Positions 47,227-63,551 of a stretch of DNA of 64,000 nt are shown piece after piece (the stretch's first letter is position 1; each line of letters opens with the position of its first letter). Location of the stretch: NCBI GenBank assembly GCA_002269645.1, contig NIVC01003490.1, positions 1 through 64,000 of the forward strand. The letters are read 5' to 3'. This DNA is from Macrostomum lignano. Its lineage: Eukaryota. The position numbers and the translations under genes were made by a program. Below the pieces are notes generated by a model. The model made no database searches and was not told the origin of the DNA. It was given only the letters and a program-made list of their open reading frames with translations.

Positions 47227-50200
47227 ATGATTTCATGGCTAGTCAAACAGCTTTGCATGGAGAATGAAGCAACGGCAGCAACTGTGCCAGTACAGTCTGC
47301 TCTGACCAGTGACTGCTCTAGAGACAAAAGCAGCAGCAGTAGCAGTACCAGCAGCATCATCAACAGTGGCATTACCATGCCATTGGTACATGCATTGGCT
47401 GACAAGCAATCAGATGTCGACCTGCTAGGCAAGGAGGAGCGCTGTATGCAGTGGTCCTATGCTGAACGATTACGCTGGATGTGGTGCCTGTTCGCTGGCC
47501 AGGCTGCTCTTTTTATCGCCCGCACTGTGACTCCTGTGTGCGCCGTGTCCATCAGCATGGAGCTGTCCTGGAATAAGAAGGAGACCGGGGCCGCTCTTGG
47601 CGTCTTCTTCTGGGGCTACATGGCCACGCAGTTTCTTGGCGGCTATCTGGCTGATACTAAGGTGAAATTTGAAAATTATGTATTTTTTAAGATAGGTAAA
47701 CGGCCCGAGTAGCTATGACTATTTAGATGCCAAAGTGCCTCGTCATCTAAACTGCTACTATAACTAGACAAATTAGGTAAACGGCTCGAGTACCTATGAC
47801 TCTATTGTATTTCGATGCTAAAGTGCCTCGTCATCTAAACTGCTACTATAATTAGACAAATTGGGTAAACGGTCCGAGTAACTATGACCCCGTTTCGATG
47901 CTAAAGTGCCTCGTCATCTAAACTGCTACTATAATTAGACAAATTAGGTAAACGGCTCGAGTACCTATGACTCTATTTCGATCCTAAAGTGCCTCGTCAT
48001 CTAAACTGCTACTATAATTAGACAAATTGGGTAAACGGTCCGAGTAACTATGACCCCGTTTCGATGCTAAAGTGCCTCGTCATCTAAACTGCTACTATAA
48101 TTAGACAAATTAGGTAAACGGCTCGAGTACCTATGACTCTATTTCGATCCTAAAGTGCCTCGTCATCTAAACTGCTACTATAATTAGACAAATTGGGTAA
48201 ACGGTCCGAGTAACTATGACCCCGTTTCGATGCTAAAGTGCCTCGTCATCTAAACTGCTACTATAATTAGACAAATTAGGTAAACGGCTCGAGTACCTAT
48301 GACTCTATTTCGATCCTAAAGTGCCTCGTCATCTAAACTGCTACTATAATTAGACAAATTGGGTAAACGGTCCGAGTAACTATGACCCCGTTTCGATGCT
48401 AAAGTGCCTCGTCATCTAAACTGCTACTATAATTAGACAAATTAGGTAAACGGCTCGAGTACCTATGACTCTATTTCGATCCTAAAGTGCCTCGTCATCT
48501 AAACTGCTACTATAATTAGACAAATTGGGTAAACGGTCCGAGTAACTATGACCCCGTTTCGATGCTAAAGTGCCTCGTCATCTAAACTGCTACTATAATT
48601 AGACAAATTAGGTAAACGGCTCGAGTACCTATGACTCTATTTCGATCCTAAAGTGCCTCGTCATCTAAACTGCTACTATAATTAGACAAATTGGGTAAAC
48701 GGTCCGAGTAACTATGACCCCGTTTCGATGCTAAAGTGCCTCGTCATCTAAACTGCTACTATAATTAGACAAATTAGGTAAACGGCTCGAGTACCTATGA
48801 CTCTATTTCGATCCTAAAGTGCCTCGTCATCTAAACTGCTACTATAATTAGACAAATTGGGTAAACGGTCCGAGTAACTATGACCCCGTTTCGATGCTAA
48901 AGTGCCTCGTCATCTAAACTGCTACTATAATTAGACAAATTAGGTAAACGGCTCGAGTACCTATGACTCTATTTCGATCCTAAAGTGCCTCGTCATCTAA
49001 ACTGCTACTATAATTAGACAAATTGGGTAAACGGTCCGAGTAACTATGACCCCGTTTCGATGCTAAAGTGCCTCGTCATCTAAACTGCTACTATAATTAG
49101 ACAAATTAGGTAAACGGCTCGAGTACCTATGACTCTATTTCGATCCTAAAGTGCCTCGTCATCTAAACTGCTACTATAATTAGACAAATTGGGTAAACGG
49201 TCCGAGTAACTATGACCCCGTTTCGATGCTAAAGTGCCTCGTCACCTTAAAAGTTACGAGTAAAAATTTTGCTACAGGATTTTGAATAAAGAAAATTTTG
49301 CTTACTCACCGACAGGGTGGCGAGCGTGTCGTGGTGGCGGCCGCCTACGGCTGGGCCGGCGTCACCCTGTTTATCCCGTTCCTGCCGGCCCTGACTGAGA
49401 ATCATCGCACCCTGCTGACAGCCATCTTGGCTGCCCGAGTTGTCCAAGGCGCTTGCCAGGGCTTTCACAATCCGGCCGTTGGCAGTCTGATGTCGCACCG
49501 GGTCGGCTTAAAGGATCGCGGCACTACGTTTGCATTTCAAGCGGCCGGAGCCCACGTTGGGTGAGTGATTGATCTTGGCCAAGAGCCAAGTAAACCCAAG
49601 TATTTTAAGTATATAGTTCTGTACGCTACGAGCTTTCAAATTCATTAATCTTAACTAGATATTGTATTTATGGCAGTTCTATCTAGACTAACTAAACCGG
49701 TATTAGGCTGGGTGATAATTATTATCTATAATTGATTACCACACTACATATCGGGACTGAACCTATAGATACGTTTGTTTAATTAAACTCAATTTAAATT
49801 TGCGCCAATATAGAGCTAAAATTGCTAAGCAGCCTTTAAACACTGTAAAAGTACCTTTGCGCTTCCTAAACTACATTGTTCAGCTTGGAAATGTATCTCC
49901 TATGATTTAAATTGTTGTTTAAACAGTGGGTAATCCCCCATTTTGGCGCGAATTTAAATTGAATTTAAGAAAAATTGATAGAGCATTTAATTGATGGGCA
50001 CTGAGAATGCACATGTCTGACACAAGGACCACTGTAGTATAACAGGACAGGACGTAAAGCTCAAAGGTCGTGTGATTTTTGGACGCCAATTTCCTGGAAA
50101 AAGACACAGCGGAGATCGAAAAAAATCTTTTTTTCATCCCAAAATCAATGACTGCATTTGACCTGGGGCAGTGAAGATTACCGTTCTATTAATTTATCCT

Positions 50201-53200
50201 GCGCAGCATGTTACTATGCTATATTTTATATTTTTATATTGGGGATATAGCCTAGTGGTCAGAGCGTCGGACTCACGACTTGAAGGTCGGGGGTTCGATT
50301 TCCAAAACCACTGAAACAGTTGTGTCCTTAAGCAAGACACTTAGCTCTGCATTGCTGCAGTTCACCCAGCTGTAAAATGGGTGCCAGCATTAGCTGGGGT
50401 AATTGAGGGTGTGTGGCGACCCCCCAGTCCTTGGACTGAACAGACGTACGCAGCCTTCAGATGCGCCGCGCAATAGCTGCGGCTGAGCTGTCGGTTGCAC
50501 AATGCCATTGGTGAGTATTTATAACTTTGGGCTTATGATTTATACAGAAAATAATATGAAAATGAAACCTTGCCTACACAGCTGTATAAAATACGATAAA
50601 GTAACGTGCTGTGCATGCTAAATTAAAGGAATGGTAATCTTTGCTGTTTATTTACGATTTCGTATGATCAAAATGCAATAATTGATTGTGATGAAAAAAA
50701 TGATTTTTTCCTATCTACGTAGTGTATTTTTTCAGGAAATTGGCCCAAAAAAATTGCACAATTAACTAACACATTGTCAATAAAATACAAAATCGAATTC
50801 ACCGGATTCAACAAATATCTTAATTTGGCTTTTCTGATTTAATGTAAACACGATATATTTTAGTTTATAATTATTAGTACACGCTAATGTCCCATTAGTT
50901 TTATAGAACTGTTAGATCGTAGATTAGTACAATAACAAAACATAGTTACAGTTATGTATTTTATCGCACCGAATTTCAGCTGAGTTTAACAGACACACTT
51001 TATTTACGTAAGGAAGATTAGCGTATTGTTTAATCTCTTTGGTTACGGTGAAATTTCGTTATTAATTAACTTGTCTTGCTACCTGGTTGCGGCTGCGTTT
51101 GCTTGAAAAGTAAATTTTATTGCCTGACTTTAATGTGCTTTTCTTTAAGGTTAGGTCACAGAATACTAGAATATACTAGCAATCAGCGCCCCCCGTTGAG
51201 GACCCAACAAAGAATGAAATACAAATTTTTGAATAAGCTACTTTTAGTTTCTCCTTGCAGTAACCTCAGCCATTCTCCTTGTAAGCCTTTACATCTAAGC
51301 AATTCCCCCATAAGCCTTGCCATCTAAGAAATTCCTCTCTCCTTACTGCTCTCTCATTGGCTGAACTAGATTGAGCCTGCCCCCTAAGCTGAGTTTCGTC
51401 CGTCTGACTTTAAACTCTCCCCTTACTGCTCTCTCATTGGCTGAGCTAGATTGAGCCTGCCCCCTAAGCTGAGTTTTGTCCGTCTGACTTTAAACTCTCC
51501 CCTTACTGCTCTCTCATTGGCTGAGCTAGGTCCAGATTGGACCTGTCCCATTTTCGCCCTTACAAAGAGAGTAGGCACTACGTGTTTAACAACTATAATT
51601 TCCAGTGAATATCTAGTTATTCTAGTATCTGTGGTTTAGATCTTGAATTCTGAACTCCTAAAGTGGCATGATTTTCATCCAGGTTAAAAATTTGACATCG
51701 ATTGCACACGATACTTGCAAGTGATTCATTGTCTTTTTTATCCAAATGTGTTTAGCATTGAGTCATGATAGCTACCATAATTTAGGGGGAGTGTTTTTAC
51801 TGCTTTTGGAAATATTTTATTTGCAATTTTCCCGCTGATATGTGTTCAACTAGGCTATTACGATCTTAATCATATTTCATATTACAGACAGTAATAGATA
51901 AAGTGTATTATTAAGGTCAAGGCATGATTTATTCTCTAATACTTTAAATGGACTGCGGCTTTGCATCCCCCACAAGATAAGCATGTTGTGCTCATTTCAT
52001 AATCTATGCATACTACTATTAGTATTACACTACTTCCACCTTTAATAAACTTTCCGCAGCACTTTACTGTGCGGAAGTCTTGGCAGCATAATTCTGGATT
52101 TGTACGGCTGGCGAATCCCGTTTATCTTGAGTGGTAAGAGATTTTTTATTTGAATTTGTTAGAGCTGCATTCCTGTAACTGAAATTTACTAATGGGAACA
52201 GGAGTAACCGACTAGTGGGTGTGAGGATCAGCACTGTTAAGATGGGGATCAGCACTGTTGGGATGGGGATCAGCACTGTTAGGATGGGGATCAGCACTGT
52301 TAAGATGGGGATCAGCACTGTTAGGATGGGGATCAGCACTGTTGGGATGGGGATCAGCACTGTTAGGATGGGGATCAGCACTGTTGGGATGGGGATCAGC
52401 ACTGTTGGGATGGGGATCAGCACTGTTAGGATGGGGATCAGCACTGTTAGGATGGGGATCAGCACTGTTAAGATGGGGATCAGCACTGTTAGGATGGGGA
52501 TCAGCACTGTTAGGATGGGGATCAGCACTGTTAAGATGGGGATCAGCACTGTTAGGATGGGGATCAGCACTGTTGGGATGGGGATCAGCACTGTTAGGAT
52601 GGGGATCAGCACTGTTAGGATGGGGATCAGCACTGTTAGGATGGGGATCAGCACTGTTGGGATGGGGATCAGCACTGTTAGGATGGGGATCAGCACTGAT
52701 GGGATGGGGATCAGCACTGTTGGGATGGGGATCAGCACTGATGGGATGGGGATCAGCACTGTTGGGATGGGGATCAGCACTGTTAGGATGGGGATCAGCA
52801 CTGTTAGGATGGGGATCAGCACTGATGGGATGGGAATCAGCACTGTTGAGTTGACAAAGCTAACGCACGCACTACTCTGTCTTGTCCGCAGGCTGCTTGA
52901 CCCTCGTGTGGGCCCTGGCCACGCGCCAGCTCATGCTGATCGATTTGCCCAGTTCCGAGAAGCAGAAGTCGCCCCAGAAGCTGCACCACCACCACCTCCA
53001 TCATCCGCCATCGTCACCCAGCTCGTCAGCAAAAGCGCCAGCGGCAGCCATCGCCGCAATGCGCGACGTGCCCTGGTCCCGGCTGTTCCGCGCACCGCCA
53101 TTCTGGGCAATGCTAGTTGGCCACTACGCTCACGGGCACGCCTATTACATCCTGTTGTCCTGGTTGCCAACTTATTTTCACGACACATTCCCCACGGCCA

Positions 53201-53667
53201 GGTCGTGGGTGTTCAACCTGGTGCCCTGGCTGGTCACCGTGCCCTCCGCCCTGATGTCGGGCCTGACAGCCGATGCGTTGATTCGCCGCGGGATCAGCGT
53301 GACCGCTACTCGCAAAATTATCGTTAGCGTCACCCTGCTTGGCTGCGCCTTCTTCCTGCTGCTCATGCCCTACTGCAGCGGCTATGTGGCCTCCCTATCC
53401 TGCATGGCTGCCGCTGTCGCTTTCTCCGGCTTTCACAATAGCGGCGTCCAATTAAATCCGACAGATCTGGCGCCAGACTGCGGCGGCGCCGTGTTTGGCA
53501 TTATGAATATGGCCGGCGCTCTGCCTGGCTTTCTTGGCGTCTACCTGGTTGGCTTCTTGCTGGAGTGGACCAAATCCTGGTCGGCTGTGTTCCAGCAGAC
53601 CGCTGTGGTGTGCATTGTTGGCTGGCTGGTGTACCTGCTGTTCGGTTCGGGCAGGAGAATCATCTGA
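47227..53667 (+). CDS. SLC17A9: SLC17A9-like vesicular nucleotide transporter (MFS, 509 aa, 4 exons)
   Basis: Exons 47227-47661, 49316-49560, 52060-52133 and 52892-53667 (sum 1530 nt, phases 0/2/1). Motifs WNKKETG..LG.FFWGY..TQFLGG..ADTKGGERV, VPWSRLFRAPPFWA, ILLSWLPTYF..TFP.ARSW.FNLVPWL, NPTDLAPDCGG.VFGIMN.AGAL follow SLC17A9. The 74-nt exon 3 (GTLLCGSLGSIILDLYGWRIPFILSG) is absent from the ORF track. Confidence 0.9.
47695..49245. repeat. 83-bp satellite arranged as 166-bp A/B dimers, SLC17A9 intron 1
   Basis: GTAAACGGCTCGAGTACC... alternates with GTAAACGGTCCGAGTAAC...; period 166 (47948 to 48114). Confidence 0.95.
50241..50470 (+). mobile_element. tRNA-derived CORE-type SINE in SLC17A9 intron 2
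   Basis: A-box TAGCCTAGTGG, B-box GGTTCGATTTCC, then GTGTCCTTAAGCAAGACACTT...CAGCTGTAAAATGGG, resembling the MIR/CORE segment GTGACCTTGGGCAAGTCACTT...CTGTAAAATGGG. Confidence 0.7.
51341..51530. repeat. 80-bp tandem duplication (~2.4 copies)
   Basis: CCTTACTGCTCTCTCATTGGCTGA at 51341, 51421 and 51501. Confidence 0.85.
52222..52846. repeat. 21-bp array (GGGATCAGCACTGTTAGGATG), SLC17A9 intron 3
   Basis: About 30 copies. Confidence 0.95.
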
Positions 53668-53774
53668 TTTGCGATTCGTATCTTACTGGCTTTTACACAC
53701 TGATTTCTAGTTTACAGCTGCGGTGCATGCTTGAATTGGCCAAGCAAATATCTGCCGCCCGCCTTAGTCTCCGC

Positions 53775-54102
53775 CCATCTAAACAGCAGCCCGCCAGAAT
53801 CTCCCCCCCATCTAAACAGCAGCCCGTCATAATCTCCCCCCATCTAAACAGCAGCCCGTCATAATCTCCCCCCCCCCCATCTAAACAGCAGCCCGCCAGA
53901 ATCTCCCCCCCCCATCTAAACAGCAGCCCGCCAGAATCTCCCCCCATCTAAACAGCAGCCCGCCAGAATCTCCCCCCATCTAAACAGCAGCCCGTCATAA
54001 TCTCCCCCCCATCTAAACAGCAGCCCGCCATAATCTCCCCCCCATCTAAACAGCAGCCCGCCATAATATCCCCCCATCTAAACAGCAGCCCGCCAGAATC
54101 TC
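53775..54102. repeat. ~32-bp array with variable C-run (CATCTAAACAGCAGCCCGCCAGAATCTCCCCC), 3' of SLC17A9
   Basis: About 10 copies. Confidence 0.9.
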
Positions 54103-54747
54103 CGTATTTCCTAGAACCGATTCTCCCAACAATTCAAGCCCAGCCGGCAATATTGATATTATGCCTATCTTATGCTTACTCTGCCTTTTTGTCTGCCCTC
54201 CGCTGCATTCCTACCGCGCTCTCCTTGAACTGTGCAAACGTACATCCCTGCCGTAAAGTTTCATTTTTTAGTTCATCTTTTTAAATCAGTTCTTGTGTAC
54301 TGTTCAATATTTGTTGTTTTATTTATTCATTGTTACTCCCGATCAGCTCAGTAGGTTTTATTGTATTTAGTCATTTTTTGTTTCTTGAAAAAACTATTGT
54401 CAGTTTTTTAAAGCCAGTCTCTGTTTTGTGAAAATCGTCTGTGTTTCTAATATTTATAACTTTGTACCTTGTGGCGCAGATTGAGAGATGAGCCAAGGTT
54501 TTGCTATGTTTTTTAAGTAAGACTAAGCTTAATTCCACAGGCTGCTGGTCAATGTACTTCTGTGATACGCCACATTCTAAATTGTCTCTATGATTTCTAG
54601 ATTTTCTACAGATAAAGATGCTGCAATGTTTGCACGCTTGTCTGAGCGGAGCATCTTCACTTTGTGTCATGCCAGCCATAATTATTCCTTCGGCATTGAG
54701 ATCAGTTCAACATCACATTAACATAAGCTCAACAATGCACCGAACTT

Positions 54748-55245
54748 CACCCAACCCACTGCACCCACCCCAATTGACCCAACCCACTGCACCCACCCCA
54801 ATTAACCCTACCCACTGCACCCACCCCAACTCAGCCAACCCACTGCACCCACCCCAATTGACCCAACCCACTGCACCCACCCCAACTCAGCCAACCCACT
54901 GCACCCACCCCAATTGACCCAACCCACTGCACCCACCCCAACTCAGCCAACCCACTGCACCCACCCCAATTGACCCAACCCACTGCACCCACCCCAACTC
55001 AGCCAACCCACTGCACCCACCCCAATTGACCCAACCCACTGCACCCACCCCAATTGACCCAGCCCACTGCACCCACCCCAATTGACCCAACCCACTGCAC
55101 CCACCCCAATTGACCCAACCCACTGCACCCACCCCAATTGACCCAACCCACTCACCCACCCCAATTGACCCAACCCACTGCATCCACCCCAATTCACTCA
55201 ATCCACTACACCCACCCTAATTGACCCCACCCACTGCACCCATCC
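54748..55245. repeat. 28-bp array (CCAACCCACTGCACCCACCCCAATTGAC)
   Basis: About 17 copies. Confidence 0.9.
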
Positions 55246-57089
55246 TAATTCTTTAATAGCCATTCTTCCAGCAGCGTACCGCTCTGGCGGATTTCCTTTC
55301 AACTTGAAGGCCCTTTCTTGCTGGTGCATTCTGTTCGGTTGTATCCCATGTCTATGCTATAAATCAAAGCAAACAATAAACAGAAGTTCACCATAGACAA
55401 AAGGTATTCAAGCTATCGTGTTCGATGTACTCTTTATCTGTATTTTTTGCTGTCGCTGTTGCCGCACTGCAGCTTTCCCTGTGCCTATTTGTTTGTTTAT
55501 TTGTTTTTCCTATCGAACTTCATTTCAGGATTTAAAAACAGATAAATATATATTATTGAGTCTGTGAAAATGACGCGAACACGCGTCGCTTTTTTCTATA
55601 ATTTCTCGATTTGAACAATATTAAAAAGTTTCGAATATGCTTCCGTTCCATTGTTAATTACAAATGAATAAAATTATACCAACAGGCAATAAATAATAAA
55701 TAAGTAGTTCGAAAGAGTAAATAAAGACGGATTACCCGTGTATTTTTTGCAAAATTTTAATTAATAATTGACACGTGCGCAATTAAAATTGTGAGAAAAA
55801 CTTCGATCGCTACTTACTAGAAAGCGTCGATCAACAGTAGTATGTTCATTATATAGCACCAGATATTGCGTGAGTGAAGAAAATAAACAGTATTTTCTTA
55901 TGTATATATAAAAAAGCTTGAGGTGAGCACTGTGCATCCGTGGACAGGCGTTCAGACAGCCTATCTAAGCAAATTAGCTCAACTAAAAAAGGCTGTTTTG
56001 TTCCCGTCAGGTTGGCCGAAATTTCTCTTCTTTTAAAACGCAAAACAAAAGCGATCGCGGTAAAGGCGGCGACAGCAGCAGCAGGCAAAGCGAACAACAG
56101 CTCAGCAGTGACGCATCATGTCATTAGACACAATATATCAAATAGAAAAAACTGCTTTGAGATTATATTGATTGGTTTTAAATTAATTAGCTGCATATAA
56201 ACTGGAAAACTTTAAATTTATTTCCAATATATTACTAGTAGCATAGTTGGAATATTAACTTTAAAAAGCATTTGCTAGGTGCCCTTCAAGCGCTTGATCT
56301 GATTCAAAGCTTAAAAATTCAGCCAAAATTATAGCATTTTAACAAACCCAGATGTAACTTAACAATCTACAAGACACATTAACTGCAATTTCTATTCCTA
56401 TAGTAGTACAGACAGAAGATTCGCCCGAAATTTCTAGCAGTCCCAGCAGTGCAGCCAGATTGTTTCTACAAAAAAGCCAATTACGAGTATTATTAAAAGC
56501 ATCGTTGCGAGGACGAACTGATATGCTGTTTATTTTGTGCCATAAAATTCAAACCGTACTCAACCATAGATTTGGACAAAAGCGGAAAAACCGCGGAATT
56601 CCCTCGGAAAACGCATGCAATTTCTAGCCGAAGAATAAATGAAACAATAAAAGACAAGCGAAAGAAACAGCAGACCAGTCAGGAGAGAGCATGTAAACAA
56701 ATAAAATTGTTTTATCACATAAAATCGAATAGTTGCGTGCAATAATTGAGATTTACAAATAAATAGGGGATTTAATAATAGTGAGTACAGATAAATATTG
56801 TAAGAATGACAACCAATATCTTAATAATACACTGGGTACATCTCAACCACTTCTAACCGCAGAAATACTTAAAGCAGCCATGGTACACTTTAACTAATAA
56901 TGAATCAATGACACCTCCTTTTACACATTGAACAGCTTGTGCGATTATTTTCTAAAGCACAGGTTTCCAGTCAAGGTTGTGTAAACAAAGCCAATCATTA
57001 AAAGCTTGCAACCAATGCATCAAATCCTACGAGTATGAGCTTCTTCAAAATCTTCAAATGGCTGGTTTTTGGAGATTGGTTTGTCTACC

Positions 57090-57470
<381 letters not shown>

Positions 57471-57537
57471 TCTGCAGTCCCAAGCAACCCCCCAGAGCAC
57501 ACGCGGACACTACTAGGAGACAGCAGCAATCGGGCAG

Positions 57538-58172
57538 TCAGGGCGGAGGCGGGGCCGGCTTGTTGCCGTACCGCAGCCGCTCGAATCCGGCGGGCAGGTC
57601 GGGCAGCCGGGCTCCGCCACCTCCGTGCCCGCCGAAGCCTCCGCCGTTGCCGTCCAATTCGGCATCGTCGGGCATGCGAGCTGGCGGCTTCTCCTCCGGC
57701 AGCACCAACGGCCCGCCGCCGCCGTCACCGTCAGCCGACACTCTGGAGGAGCCCGACGTCATCGCCGCCGTCCCTGACGCCGGTGGCCAGAGTCGGTTGT
57801 CGTCCAGCTCTTCAGCAAATATCACCGGCACGTGTTTCTTCGTCACAAGGGTGTCGTGCAAATAGGGATCGTAATCCTCGTCGCCGGCCTCTCGACGCCT
57901 CTGGCGCCTGCTGCTGGAGCGCCTGTACAGACAGCAGACAATGACCAGGGCGGCGAATAGAAACAGCACGATAGCCAGCAGGGACAGCACCAGGGCCAGG
58001 AAGAAGTCCGCATTATCGGCTGCGGCCACGACGGCGGTCCCGGGTGCTGCGGACGAGCCGAGCGGGGTGGCGCCGCCACGGGCGATGGCCTCCTCGCTGG
58101 CCTCGGCAGGCATTGGGCAGCGCTGGACCGAGTTAATTGCGGGCGGAGCGGAGCTGTAGCAGAGACCGGCCA
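57538..58172 (-). CDS. DAG1: Beta-dystroglycan-like terminal exon (TM helix + cytoplasmic tail); no upstream exons found
   Basis: TM segment [27 protein letters not shown], basic stop-transfer [11 protein letters not shown], then [18 protein letters not shown] and [10 protein letters not shown], matching dystroglycan ATFIKKGVPIIFADELDD and PLILQEEKAP. Likely acceptor at 58173-58174 (an in-frame TAA lies just upstream); in-frame ATG at 58113; stop TGA 57540-57538. Confidence 0.72.
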
Positions 58173-58454
58173 CTGGGCAGCGGGTGAATTATTGGGAGAC
58201 AGGCTGTGAGAACCTGCAGCATCATCACTATGAAAGTCCGGATCCCCGATTCTTAATCTAAATCCTACATCCCAATCCTAGAACCGAAATCTTGAAAATA
58301 TCCCAAAGTAGAGAGTCCCGATTCCATGGTTTTAGTTTCTCACTCCCATAGTCTGGATTAATTACCTTGATCTTTAATCCCACAACCTACATAGATTCTC
58401 AAACCATAGTCAAGAGCCTCAGTCCTACTAAGCAGATCCCCAGCCCGACAACCC

Positions 58455-58800
58455 AACCTAGATTCCTAATCCCACAGCCTAGATCCCTAATCCCACAACC
58501 TAGATTCCTAATCCCACAACCTAGATTCCTAATCCCACAACCTAGATTCCTAGTTTCACAGCCTAGATTCCTAATCTTACAACCTAGATTCCTAGTTTCA
58601 CAGCCTAGATCCCTAATCCCACAACCTAGATTCCTAATCCCACAACCTAGATTCCTAGTTTCACAGCCTAGATTCCTAATCTTACAACCTAGATTCCTAA
58701 TCCCATAATCTAGATTCCTAATCCCACAGCCTAGATTCCTAATCCCACAACCTAGATTCCTAATCCCACAGCCCAGATTCCTAAACCCACAACCTAGATC
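58455..58800. repeat. 21-bp array (CCTAGATTCCTAATCCCACAA)
   Basis: About 16 copies between RAD54 and the dystroglycan-like exon. Confidence 0.9.
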
Positions 58801-59421
58801 CTTACCAAAAATCCAATTACTACTCTAAAGGTAAAAATACTCACATTACACTACTCTGTGAAAAGACAAGAGCAACATAGCAAATTAATTGGGCATAATG
58901 CTGTCAGATTATACTGCTAATACCAGGTGTTATTTTCCAATAAAAATCGCAGTACACCATAATAAACGGTGAGAGTAGTAGATAACCATAACTACAATAA
59001 ATGATATTTCTGAATTGGCTGGAAACGGTTTTGTTAGGAAACAAAGTACGGAAAAAATGATTAAAACTAAACAAAAATGCTTGCAGAAGGACTGAAAATT
59101 GAATATTCCAATGGTTTATGCAAAAGTATGATTTGGCAATGCTGTATTATCAATGATATGATAAATGCTGACAATTTTTTGTAGAAACTGAGACCCATGG
59201 ACTTTAAATCTTATAAGAAGCACCGCAGGTGTGACTTAATCTTGTGAATTAGAATTTATTCTTAAACAAGCTAGAAACCGCAATACCTGTACCTAATGAA
59301 TATTAAGTATTGACTATGAAAATCAGGGTCAATGACAACACAACTGCAACTGGTACACGTTTAGGCTGGCAAACAGGTCTGGAATTCGTTAAGTAAACGT
59401 ACAGTTTTAATCCAAAAATTT

Positions 59422-63551
<4,130 letters not shown>

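Noticed and set aside
47695-49245. CRISPR-like regular array
   Set aside because: No unique spacers; plain A/B satellite in a eukaryotic intron.
54371-54917. 102-aa and 99-aa ORFs
   Set aside because: No motif recognised; AT-rich intergenic composition.
55272-55400. Cys-rich hydrophobic mini-exon (AYRSGGFPFNLKALSCWCILFGCIPCLCYK...)
   Set aside because: Has an acceptor but no upstream partner exon or family match that I can support.
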